A stretch of DNA of 64,000 bases from Candidatus Aminicenantes bacterium (GTDB taxonomy: Bacteria; Acidobacteriota; Aminicenantia; UBA2199). The notes beneath the pieces were generated by a model, which searched no databases, was not told the origin of the DNA, and saw only the letters and a program-made list of their open reading frames with translations. Location: assembly GCA_016934745.1 (NCBI GenBank), contig JAFGSF010000042.1, positions 1,202 to 65,201 of the forward strand, given 5' to 3'. Both the position numbers and the translations under genes were made by a program. Below, one piece after another: positions 26,298 through 35,037 of this stretch. Every line of letters begins with the position of its first letter. Within the stretch, counting starts at the first letter, position 1.

Positions 26298-26372
26298 GTT
26301 TTTCTGGTTTGAATAAAAAACATTTTAAAGAAGATGTTTTTACATGTCAATTTTTGTCTTTTTTATTTTAAA
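26238..26372 (-). repeat. direct repeat copy B (remnant 5' codons plus promoter region)
   Basis: See copy A (20398-20530). Confidence 0.75.
26322..26350 (-). promoter_or_regulatory. second copy of the TTGACA-N17-TAAAAT promoter, reading toward the cassette's minus-strand genes
   Basis: On the minus strand: TTGACA (26350-26345), 17-nt spacer, TAAAAT (26327-26322). Confidence 0.5.
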
Positions 26373-26453
26373 TGACACGTTGTTCGCGCCGATTTGCCAA
26401 GGAGCTTTTTTTATTCTAAAATACTCTTGCGCCCTGTTTCCGGCTGTATTTTT

Positions 26454-28184
26454 ATGAGCATGAACATTAAAAAAGAATTTCCGTTTTTGTTCCCGGCCCC
26501 AAAGACGATTCGTCTGCAAAACCGCACTCTCGATATCCAGAGCTTGTGTTTCCCTCTCGAAATCACAAAAAAGTATGATTTTTTATTTGAGTATTTTCAC
26601 ATAAAGAATAAAAATCGTGGCTTGGAGATCACCTGCCAAGAAAAAAAAACATTGGCTGCTGAAGAATATGTCATTGAGTGCGATCAGACCCAGGTTGTCA
26701 TCGGGGGCAATTCCCTGCGTGGTCAGTTTTATGCTTTGTCTACCTTGTTGCAGATTCTCGCTTATTATCAGCCCGGCGGGCGCATGCCCGGTTTTATTAT
26801 TGAAGACGCTCCCAAATTAGGTTTCCGTGGTTTCCTGCTTGCTGTGGAGCATGGAGCCTTTCCCCTGCAGGCGGAACTTCAGCGCCTGCTGTTGAAGCTG
26901 GCTTTGTTGAGGTTCAACCAGTTTTCGTTGTCCCTGGCTGCTTGGTCCGGGGAAGAAGAAAATGCCGGCAACACCCTTCCGAAAGAAAACCTGCCCCGGG
27001 AAGAAATGAACCAGATCATTGACCTGGCCGGAAAAATGGGGATCGACTTCGTCCCTGCCATTGTTGCCGGACCCGCGCTTCACCTCCCTGATATATTCAG
27101 CGCTGGGATTTTAGCTTCTTTCCGTTCAAGAAAGATCATGATCCGATTCAACGAAACGACTGAAAGTGATCCGGCGGCGGAATGGTTTGAACGTTTTCTG
27201 AACACGTATCGCTTGTTCAAGGCCCATGGCAAGACCATGCTGATTTGGGGAGATGCTTTTCTGAAAGTACCCGATTTGATAAGGAAAATGCCCAAGGATG
27301 TGGTTGTGCTCAGCGGTGATGGTGACATTGAAAGAACGGAGATGTACCGGAGAAAAGCCGGACCTTTCAGAAAGCACCATATCCCTCAAGTGTTATGTAC
27401 GGCAACCTGGGGCCGGGCCAGGTTTATCCCGGCCATGCGTAAAAGTGCGGTAAACAATTTGGCGGCGTATGCGGCGGTCAAAGAGGAAAAACTCGCCGGG
27501 ATCCTGCTGAAGGATTGCCAGGACCAGGGAGATGGCAGTTTTTTGGAGGGGATCATCCTGGGGTTGTATCAAGCCGGAAATCTTTTCTGGAGCGGGCAGG
27601 CACCCGGACCGGAAGCCTTTGCCCGCTGGGCCCTGGGCTTTAACGAGCCCGATCTGTTCAGGATTTATACGTTCTTGTCGCAGGTCGACAGCCCGCTGCA
27701 GCATAGCCATTGGCAGTACTTGTTCGAAGATCCCCTGTGCGCCACTTTTTCCAAGCAGGACAATGTCAAGGAAATTGTGGCGCGTTACCGGAAAGCATCG
27801 CAATATTTGAAAAAAAGAAAGATCGTCCGCAACGAGATGAGCGATTTTTTGAACATTGCCCAGCACCTGTATGAATTCGTCGCCGAAAAAGTGGATTTTT
27901 CCAGCCGGCTCCTATCCGGCCTGAATGCGATCGACGGTGATGCACATCTCCAGCGAAAACTGGACCGGCTTCTAGCTGACGTAGAAAAACTGAAGAATCT
28001 TTTTTGCGCATTGTGGCTCAAGCGGCGCAAACCGTATGGTCTGGCAAAAAAAGTCAGGAGATTTGATTTTTTGCAGGAGCGTTTGAATTATCTCCTGCTC
28101 TCCATGGCTCATCCGGCGGCAAGAAAAATACTTTTGTCGGAACTTGAAAACGGTACCCCGCCGATGGAGTCGCGGCGCCGCTAA
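26454..28184 (+). CDS. glycoside hydrolase family 20-like protein (beta-N-acetylhexosaminidase-like); catalytic pair not evident
   Basis: GH20b-like N-domain and junction motif LRGQFYALSTLLQIL...GFIIEDAPKLGFRGFLL. Where GH20 enzymes have H(I/L)GGDE, this protein reads MLIWGDAFL. ATG 26454 is preferred over the track's TTG 26394. Confidence 0.5.
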   Translation: MSMNIKKEFPFLFPAPKTIRLQNRTLDIQSLCFPLEITKKYDFLFEYFHIKNKNRGLEITCQEKKTLAAEEYVIECDQTQVVIGGNSLRGQFYALSTLLQILAYYQPGGRMPGFIIEDAPKLGFRGFLLAVEHGAFPLQAELQRLLLKLALLRFNQFSLSLAAWSGEEENAGNTLPKENLPREEMNQIIDLAGKMGIDFVPAIVAGPALHLPDIFSAGILASFRSRKIMIRFNETTESDPAAEWFERFLNTYRLFKAHGKTMLIWGDAFLKVPDLIRKMPKDVVVLSGDGDIERTEMYRRKAGPFRKHHIPQVLCTATWGRARFIPAMRKSAVNNLAAYAAVKEEKLAGILLKDCQDQGDGSFLEGIILGLYQAGNLFWSGQAPGPEAFARWALGFNEPDLFRIYTFLSQVDSPLQHSHWQYLFEDPLCATFSKQDNVKEIVARYRKASQYLKKRKIVRNEMSDFLNIAQHLYEFVAEKVDFSSRLLSGLNAIDGDAHLQRKLDRLLADVEKLKNLFCALWLKRRKPYGLAKKVRRFDFLQERLNYLLLSMAHPAARKILLSELENGTPPMESRRR

Positions 28185-28295
28185 CACATAAAGGAAGCCG
28201 TAGTCCATGGTTGACCTGAAAACAGGACATAAAACTCCTTCAGCGCTGGCAATGAATATGCTTGCAATGTATCTGACATAAGGACAGGAGGAACC

Positions 28296-30671
28296 ATGGC
28301 CGTCATTTTTACCAGTTTCAGGCAATTAAAAAAAAGTTTGCTGATCGTTCAGGTAATCGTCTGGAGTTTGATTTCCCCAGTTTTCGCCCAGCAGCCGCCG
28401 CAAAAAGAATATGTCCAGGTAGTCAATGTGGAAATGATCCTGCGCGTGTTCAAAGATGGCTCTCCGGTTGGGGGATTGAAAAAAAGTGATTTCTCGCTGT
28501 ATGAAGATGGAAAGAAGAGCGAGATAAACGGCTTTTTTGAAATTCACCGGCGCATGGCGCCCCATGAAGAAACAAAAAAACAGGCGCTTCCAGCCAGGTT
28601 GTTTCTGCTGTTTTTTTGGGTCGGAAATCCCGCGGCCGATGTCGAGGGCGCTTTAAACAAATTTTTTTCAGTGGTATATCGCCAAGGGGACCGGGTGATC
28701 CTGAGCACTCCCATGAAAACATTCGAAATCCTGTCCCTGGAAGACATCGAGCGGATAAAAGTGAATTTTTTGGAGCAATGGCGACAGGAAGTGAAGTTCC
28801 GTTATTCTGAAAGGCTGCAATTCATAAATAACTTGAATCGACTGGTCGAAACCCATGTAATCGGATTGGTCGGTAAAACTATCACGGCCCAAATGAAAAG
28901 TTTTGAAACTTTCATTGTCCAGTATGGCGCGGTGGTTCAGGAATATCAACTTCGTGAATTAACACCTGACATGAAAGCCCTGGAAGCGATGGCGCGTTCC
29001 TTGATCGCCGTGAACAATGATAAATTCGCCCTGGTCTTTTTTCAACGGGATACGCTGCCGCTTTTTGATATTTCCCAGGTGGGGGACCATTGCCTGTTGA
29101 ACGGAATTCGTATCGAAATGGTCGATTTTTTAAAAGATGAAATGTTGAAAATTGAATTCCAGGCTAAGAGCGTTTTGAATATGAGCAAGTTGTCGGAACG
29201 ACTGAAATCGTTGTTCATTCAAGCCAATACTCAATTTCATCTGCTGTTCCTCAGCCCCGATCGAAGTAACAGTCAAAGCCATGCAGGCCAGACGTTGTCG
29301 CTCACAAAAAGCGAGGAATTGTTTTCCAACTGGGATTTAGTCATGCAAAAGATCAGTGCGAACACCGGCGGGCGCATCCTGGAAGGAGACCGGATGGTTG
29401 AGGTTCTGGATCAGGTCGTCTCGTTCGAGGACATCTACTACCATATCACCTATGTTCCCCGCCAAGCCGGGGCAGGCAAACGAAAAATTGACATCCGCGT
29501 CAATCAGCCTGGAATGGAAATCATTCACGGCCGCATGCTGGAATTGAAAGATCTGCCGCACGTGAAAATCGATGCCATATCCGTCCATGACCGATTCATC
29601 CGCTTTACGGTCAGCGATTTCTACCCCATCTCTAAGCAAGGCGTTCCGACCGGAATGATGAATGTGTATGTGACCGGCAACCAGACGGATAATGAACCGC
29701 CCCGACTCCTTCTTTCACAAGCAAGCGAAACGGCCGGAACCATCACATTGCCCATTAAATTTCCTCATCCAGGCACTTGGAATGTCCAGGTCCGAGTCAT
29801 TGACCAAATTACCGGGGAGCAGGCCGTGAATAAGACGAGGGTTGACTTCCAGGCTGACATTCCTGCCCTTCCCGTCGATGGCATTCATTCCGATGCCGCC
29901 TTGAACGCCGTGTTGGCCAAAGCGGCCGCTTACGCGGAAAAACTGAAAAAAGCGGCCTTCCACTTTTTTTGCCGGGAAAATGTGCGCCAGGAGGTGTTTG
30001 GCATAGACGAACGCTCTGTCCTGCAGCCTGTTTCTCGAAGCTACTGGATATATGACTATCAAATCATCGGACAGAACGGAAAGATTACTGAAAAACGGGT
30101 GCTGCTTGAGAAAAACCGGAAAAAAGTCCACCAGGAAAAAGCGCAACTGGAAACCATGTACCAATCTTTTTATTCTTTTTATATGCCGGTGACCATTTTG
30201 GCTGGGGAAAAGCAGCCTTTGTATCACTATCGACTGTTGGGCAAAGGAAAAATCGATAAAAAAATGGCATGGCATATCGCTGCGGTTCGGCGCGATCATT
30301 CGTTGTCTATCCCCTGGGGGGAAGTATGGGTGGTTGAAGAGGATGGGGCCGTTTTGAAAATTCAAGTCGAACAAACTTCGATTGTCGGATTTGAAAAATG
30401 GGTCGAAAAAGTAAATAAAAAAGGATTCGAGCCGACCATCACGACTATTCACGAATATAACACACTTAAAAATCAGCTTCGTTTTCCCAGCAAGACCACT
30501 TTTATTGAAAGGTTCAAATCCGCTTTGGAAGAAAAAAAAACATGGGACGGACGCGCCAGGGGAAAAGTCGAATTCAACCATTACTCTTTCGAACGCTCAC
30601 GGACATATTTTGAGTATAAGCGCTATCACTTTTTTTCTGTTTCGACCCGCGTAGAGGAACAAAACGAATAA
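28296..30671 (+). CDS. large secreted protein; N-terminus resembles the acidobacterial VWFA-related domain family (TIGR03436-like)
   Basis: Signal peptide ...LISPVFAQQ. Then VQVVNVEMILRVFKDGSPVGGLKKSDFSLYEDGKKSEINGF, the pattern typical of that family. AGGAGGA RBS. Confidence 0.4.
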   Translation: MAVIFTSFRQLKKSLLIVQVIVWSLISPVFAQQPPQKEYVQVVNVEMILRVFKDGSPVGGLKKSDFSLYEDGKKSEINGFFEIHRRMAPHEETKKQALPARLFLLFFWVGNPAADVEGALNKFFSVVYRQGDRVILSTPMKTFEILSLEDIERIKVNFLEQWRQEVKFRYSERLQFINNLNRLVETHVIGLVGKTITAQMKSFETFIVQYGAVVQEYQLRELTPDMKALEAMARSLIAVNNDKFALVFFQRDTLPLFDISQVGDHCLLNGIRIEMVDFLKDEMLKIEFQAKSVLNMSKLSERLKSLFIQANTQFHLLFLSPDRSNSQSHAGQTLSLTKSEELFSNWDLVMQKISANTGGRILEGDRMVEVLDQVVSFEDIYYHITYVPRQAGAGKRKIDIRVNQPGMEIIHGRMLELKDLPHVKIDAISVHDRFIRFTVSDFYPISKQGVPTGMMNVYVTGNQTDNEPPRLLLSQASETAGTITLPIKFPHPGTWNVQVRVIDQITGEQAVNKTRVDFQADIPALPVDGIHSDAALNAVLAKAAAYAEKLKKAAFHFFCRENVRQEVFGIDERSVLQPVSRSYWIYDYQIIGQNGKITEKRVLLEKNRKKVHQEKAQLETMYQSFYSFYMPVTILAGEKQPLYHYRLLGKGKIDKKMAWHIAAVRRDHSLSIPWGEVWVVEEDGAVLKIQVEQTSIVGFEKWVEKVNKKGFEPTITTIHEYNTLKNQLRFPSKTTFIERFKSALEEKKTWDGRARGKVEFNHYSFERSRTYFEYKRYHFFSVSTRVEEQNE

Positions 30672-30684
30672 GCCGTGCGCAGGC

Positions 30685-31497
30685 TTATTGCAGCTCGGAA
30701 AAGCGGAAATTTCCCGACGTGATGGCACTCCAGATGCGCTGGTTGACGAACCCGGGAGCCCAGCCGGGCGAGCTTGTTTCCAGTGGAATATAATAGCCCT
30801 TGCCCTTGATAAATATCGCCGACATCCCGGGGCTGGGCATGCGTTTGACCAGCAGAATGGAATGTTTCAAACCCAGGTGATTGATAAACAAGAGCGCCGT
30901 TTTTTCTTCATTATTATCACTGGTCAGGAAAACCGCCAGTAAAACCGATTTGGAATCGCAATCTCCGCTTTGTTCATAGAGACAGATCAGCGGAGGGAAA
31001 AAAGAATTGATGAATTTGTTGTTATAGTAAAAGGGAGGCTTTTTATAGGTGATGGCTTGAACAAAAACAAGAAATTCCATGAGTTGGCGTTCGGGTGGTT
31101 GAGGCTTGATCGCGTCGTAAAGAATCTGGGTCAAGCTTCGGAAATATTCCAGGTTGCGCAGGAATACTTCCTGATAATTTACCATGTAGACCTCCACTCC
31201 CTTGCTGACGCCAATATGTTTGAATCCTTTTTTTTGGAGCAAGAGTGCGTTTTCCTGTCCACGGGGAACCCCGAATTTATTTAGTTCTCTTTTTATCCTG
31301 GACTTGGAAAGAGAAAATGAGACTTGCTTTGCTTTTTTATCCGCCCCGGTCCAATTAAATGTGCGCAACAAGTGATTTCCATGGGCTGGTTTCACGTGGG
31401 CCTTGTTGATTGGTTCTGGCTTTGCTTCGGCAAGAACAAGTGCCGGCAGCAGGGCAGTCAACATGATGCCGAGGGAGCGAATTTCCCGCTTTTTCAT
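30685..31497 (-). CDS. secreted hypothetical protein (possible transglutaminase-like cysteine-protease fold)
   Basis: Signal peptide. Candidate Cys context YEQSGDCDSKSVLLAVFL followed by a His-containing strand GLKHSILLV. Weak evidence only. Confidence 0.3.
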   Translation of the reverse strand: MKKREIRSLGIMLTALLPALVLAEAKPEPINKAHVKPAHGNHLLRTFNWTGADKKAKQVSFSLSKSRIKRELNKFGVPRGQENALLLQKKGFKHIGVSKGVEVYMVNYQEVFLRNLEYFRSLTQILYDAIKPQPPERQLMEFLVFVQAITYKKPPFYYNNKFINSFFPPLICLYEQSGDCDSKSVLLAVFLTSDNNEEKTALLFINHLGLKHSILLVKRMPSPGMSAIFIKGKGYYIPLETSSPGWAPGFVNQRIWSAITSGNFRFSELQ

Positions 31498-31502
31498 TTA
31501 CT

Positions 31503-32036
31503 TTAAATCAAATTCAATGAATTAAAAAGCGCCAGGCTGATGGAACTGATGATCGACTCGATGAACATGCCCAGAACGATCACGGTGACACCGATGACCA
31601 CGGCCACGGCGATGTTTCCGCTTTTGATCTCCTTCCATTCATCAATATCCCGGGTAATGACCATGAGCAGTTTTAGGGCCAGAAAAACGATCAGTGCCCC
31701 TGAAACCAGAGCCACAAGCAATGAAGCGATCACGCCAAGAAAAAACAACAGCCCGGTTGCGAGACGGATGCCCGCAGGGTAATTGATATACCAAACGTTC
31801 ATGATCGGTTTGATCGTCTCGAAACACAAGTGGCCGACGGTCCAGATGAAAGCTCCGAGTACCATGGCCGTGTTGATGTTTTGGCGTTGGACGATTTCCT
31901 TTTTTTCCTGGATGCTTTTCCTGGTCAGGAAGGCCATGATCCAAATGCTCCCCAATACCGAAATAATGGCGGCAATGAAGATTACGGCCAGATAGATTAC
32001 GGTCGAAAGTAGGTTCAAACCGTTGCTTTCCATCAT
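31503..32036 (-). CDS. DUF350-type integral membrane protein (two DUF350-like halves)
   Basis: Four or more TM helices. Motif ITRDIDEWKEIKSGNIAVAVVIGVTVIVLGMFI is typical of DUF350. Confidence 0.6.
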   Translation of the reverse strand: MMESNGLNLLSTVIYLAVIFIAAIISVLGSIWIMAFLTRKSIQEKKEIVQRQNINTAMVLGAFIWTVGHLCFETIKPIMNVWYINYPAGIRLATGLLFFLGVIASLLVALVSGALIVFLALKLLMVITRDIDEWKEIKSGNIAVAVVIGVTVIVLGMFIESIISSISLALFNSLNLI

Positions 32037-32151
32037 AAGTCACCTCCACGCGACCCTTGCATTATAATTGCCTGGGCGAAAAACTTCAATGCATTTAACT
32101 TCTGGACCTGCGTGCTTTGTGATTTCGCTGGATTTAAACTATAATCAAATC

Positions 32152-34956
32152 ATGGCAGCTATTGATTTTTCTGTACATGACCATGTGTCTTTGACAAAAA
32201 AGAAAACGATCGCCTGCCTGTTTAGCGCCCTCATTTTACTTTATTTTCTATGCTTGCCGCTTCAGGCGCAGGCCAAGCACACTCTGGTCCTCAGTGACCA
32301 GAAGCAAACATATGAATTGGGGCTGCATTTGGAAATACTGGCTGATCCCGGTGCCAGATTGACTGTCGAGGATATCCAAAAACCGGAATACAGTTCACAG
32401 TTTATGCCCAGTGGGCATCGTGTTCCCAATTTTGGTTTCACAAAGTCGGCCTTCTGGGTACGGTTCAATGTAAGGAACGAGGCCAGTAGCCGATCGCCTT
32501 GGGCGCTGCAATTGAATTATCCCAGCATGGATTTTGTGGATTTATTCATCGTGACTCCCGAAGGCAAATCCCTGCCGGTAAAAAAGTCCGGAAGAATGCG
32601 CCCGCTCCCGGAGAAGGACCATGTTGATCCTTACCCGGTTTTTCTGATCCCCTTTCCCAAGTTCCAGACGCAGAAAGTATATATGCGTTTCCAGAGCGAA
32701 GAATCGATGACCATCCCCCTCATTCTCTGGTCCATGACGGGGTTCGTTGCGCAAGTGGGACTGGCTCATATTGCCAATGGATTCGTCCTGGGTATTTTGG
32801 CTGTCATGGCTCTCTACAATTTGTTCCTTTTTATTTCCTTGAAAGATAAAAACTATCTTTATTTTGTTTTATGCATCGTCACTATTCTTTTTTTCATACT
32901 CTCTTCAAGAGGAATTGGTTTGCATTATTTTTGGCCCAACTCTATTGTGTTTAACAAGTTAACCCTGCCCATTTCCGCCGGGTTAATGGTCCTTGCTTTG
33001 ATGAAGTTCGCCGATGCGTTCCTGATGGTAAAAAAACACATGCTTGGTTTGCACTGGGTTTTCAATGGTTTGCTGCTGGCCACCGCTGCCTTGGTAGTGG
33101 CTGCGCCTTTTTTGAGTTATCACACGGTGATCCAACCCATGGTCCTGGCCGGAATATTCGGGTCTATTTTAATGCTGGCATCGGCCGTCGGTTCATTTCT
33201 CAAGGGCTACCGGCCGGCTCGATATCTGCTGTTGGGATTTTCGATCATGTCCATGGGCGGGATCGGTTTTTTCCTGGTACGCTTGGGCCTGTTGCCGAGC
33301 ACGCACCTGACCGAGCAAGGCTTCACCTCCGGAAATATCGCGCTCATCCTGCTGATGGCGTTGGCCCTGGCCGATCGCATTAAAATCTTGAAGCTTGAAA
33401 AAGAACAGTCTGAAGTGAATTTGCGGGAAAGCGAAGAGCAGCTGCGCATTTTGTCCCGCGCCACCGAGCAGAGCCCGGCCCTGATCATCATTACTGATTT
33501 GAAGGGAGATATCGAGTATGTCAATCCGCGCTTCAGTACTGTGACTGGATATTCTTTCAACGAGGTCAAGGGAAAGAATCCGCGCTTGTTGAAATCGGGG
33601 GAAACCCCGGCGTCAACCTACCTGGAAATGTGGGCCACCATCCTGTCAGGCGAAGCTTGGCGCGGTGAATTGCACAACAAAAAGAAAAACGGCGATTTGT
33701 ACTGGGAAAACGCTTTCATCTGCCCGATTAAAAATGAAGCGGATGAAATCACCCATTATCTGGGCCTTAAAGAAGATATTACGGTGAACAAGGAACTTCA
33801 GGAACAATTGTTTCAGGTTCAGAAAATGGAGTCCATCGGCACATTGGCTGGCGGCATTGCCCATGACTTCAACAACATCCTGACGGTCATCAAGGGACAC
33901 TGCGATCTGGCCTTGAGCAAAATGGATAAAGGCAGTCCCGTCTATGCCAATGTGTCGGTCATCCATTCTGCCGGCGAAAAGGCGGAAAACCTGATCCGGC
34001 AAATCCTGGCATTCAGCCGCAAACAGATCTACCTGCCTCATATTGTCAATATCAACCAGATTGTCACCGACATAAAAAACATGATTGTGCACTTGATTGG
34101 CGAAGATATCAAGATCGAGATGGTATTGTCCCCGACAGCCCCTGTGATAAGCGCCGATCCCAGTCAAATCGAACAAATTTTCGTAAATCTGATCGTCAAT
34201 GCCCGTGATGCGATAAACCAAAAGACGGAAAAGGCTTCCGAGAAGAAAATTACCATCGAAACCGGGTTGACCCTGCTGGATGAAAATTATACCAAGATGC
34301 ACGTCGGAGCAAAAGCGGGCCCGCATTTATTTTTTTCGGTCAGTGATTCCGGGACCGGAATCGACGAAGCGAACCGGAAAAAGATATTCGAGCCGTTTTT
34401 TACCACCAAGAAAAATGGCACTGGCCTCGGGCTGGCAACCGTTTATGGGATTGTCAAGCAGAATGACGGAAATATCTTTTTGTATAGTGAATATGGCAAG
34501 GGCACCACTTTTAAAATCTACTGGCCGGCGATTGTCGAAAAAATTCCGACCATCACCCATGAGCCGATCGATGCAAAGGACCTGCGGGGCCGGGAGAAAG
34601 TGCTGCTGGCCGAAGACGATGCCGATGTCGTCGCTTTTACCGGCAGGGTTTTGAAAGAAGCCGGTTATCAGGTTGAAGTTGCCAGAGATGGTCAAAAGGC
34701 CCTGGACGTGGTGTTGAAAGGAGGCTTCACCCCCGATCTGCTGGTCACCGACCTGATCATGCCCGGCATGAACGGCAAAGAGTTAGCGGAAAAGGTCAAG
34801 GAAAAAGTACTGGGGATTCGCATTCTTTTTACATCGGGATACACGGATAACCATCTTGTGCATAATGGGCAATTGGACGCAAACATCGATTTCCTGCAAA
34901 AGCCTTACTCCATGGTGAAGCTCTTGAAAAAAGTTCGCGAAGTTTTGCAAAAATAA
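32152..34956 (+). CDS. hybrid sensor histidine kinase: 7TMR-DISMED2 + 7TMR-DISM 7TM + PAS + HisKA/HATPase + receiver
   Basis: DISMED2-like [25 protein letters not shown]...[14 protein letters not shown]. Seven TM helices. PAS ([19 protein letters not shown]). H-box [16 protein letters not shown] boxes [38 protein letters not shown]. The start is uncertain (32068-32152). Confidence 0.85.
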   Translation: MAAIDFSVHDHVSLTKKKTIACLFSALILLYFLCLPLQAQAKHTLVLSDQKQTYELGLHLEILADPGARLTVEDIQKPEYSSQFMPSGHRVPNFGFTKSAFWVRFNVRNEASSRSPWALQLNYPSMDFVDLFIVTPEGKSLPVKKSGRMRPLPEKDHVDPYPVFLIPFPKFQTQKVYMRFQSEESMTIPLILWSMTGFVAQVGLAHIANGFVLGILAVMALYNLFLFISLKDKNYLYFVLCIVTILFFILSSRGIGLHYFWPNSIVFNKLTLPISAGLMVLALMKFADAFLMVKKHMLGLHWVFNGLLLATAALVVAAPFLSYHTVIQPMVLAGIFGSILMLASAVGSFLKGYRPARYLLLGFSIMSMGGIGFFLVRLGLLPSTHLTEQGFTSGNIALILLMALALADRIKILKLEKEQSEVNLRESEEQLRILSRATEQSPALIIITDLKGDIEYVNPRFSTVTGYSFNEVKGKNPRLLKSGETPASTYLEMWATILSGEAWRGELHNKKKNGDLYWENAFICPIKNEADEITHYLGLKEDITVNKELQEQLFQVQKMESIGTLAGGIAHDFNNILTVIKGHCDLALSKMDKGSPVYANVSVIHSAGEKAENLIRQILAFSRKQIYLPHIVNINQIVTDIKNMIVHLIGEDIKIEMVLSPTAPVISADPSQIEQIFVNLIVNARDAINQKTEKASEKKITIETGLTLLDENYTKMHVGAKAGPHLFFSVSDSGTGIDEANRKKIFEPFFTTKKNGTGLGLATVYGIVKQNDGNIFLYSEYGKGTTFKIYWPAIVEKIPTITHEPIDAKDLRGREKVLLAEDDADVVAFTGRVLKEAGYQVEVARDGQKALDVVLKGGFTPDLLVTDLIMPGMNGKELAEKVKEKVLGIRILFTSGYTDNHLVHNGQLDANIDFLQKPYSMVKLLKKVREVLQK

Positions 34957-34984
34957 TCGCTGCCGGCGGGGTGTGTCCATAGGG

Positions 34985-35009
34985 GCCGTCAGTTAGTCGC
35001 CTTGACGGC
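34985..35009 (+). terminator. candidate terminator hairpin between the convergent histidine kinase and nrdJ genes
   Basis: GCCGTCA-N11-TGACGGC followed by TAATTTTCTT. Confidence 0.4.
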
Positions 35010-35037
35010 TAATTTTCTTCCGCTATTTTAACCAGGC

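Noticed and set aside
20398-26372. Classifying the cassette as a transposon, integron cassette or genomic island with integrase
   Set aside because: No transposase, integrase, attC-like site, tRNA target or terminal inverted repeats were seen. The flanking repeats are about 130 bp and only about 80-85% identical, unlike fresh target-site duplications.
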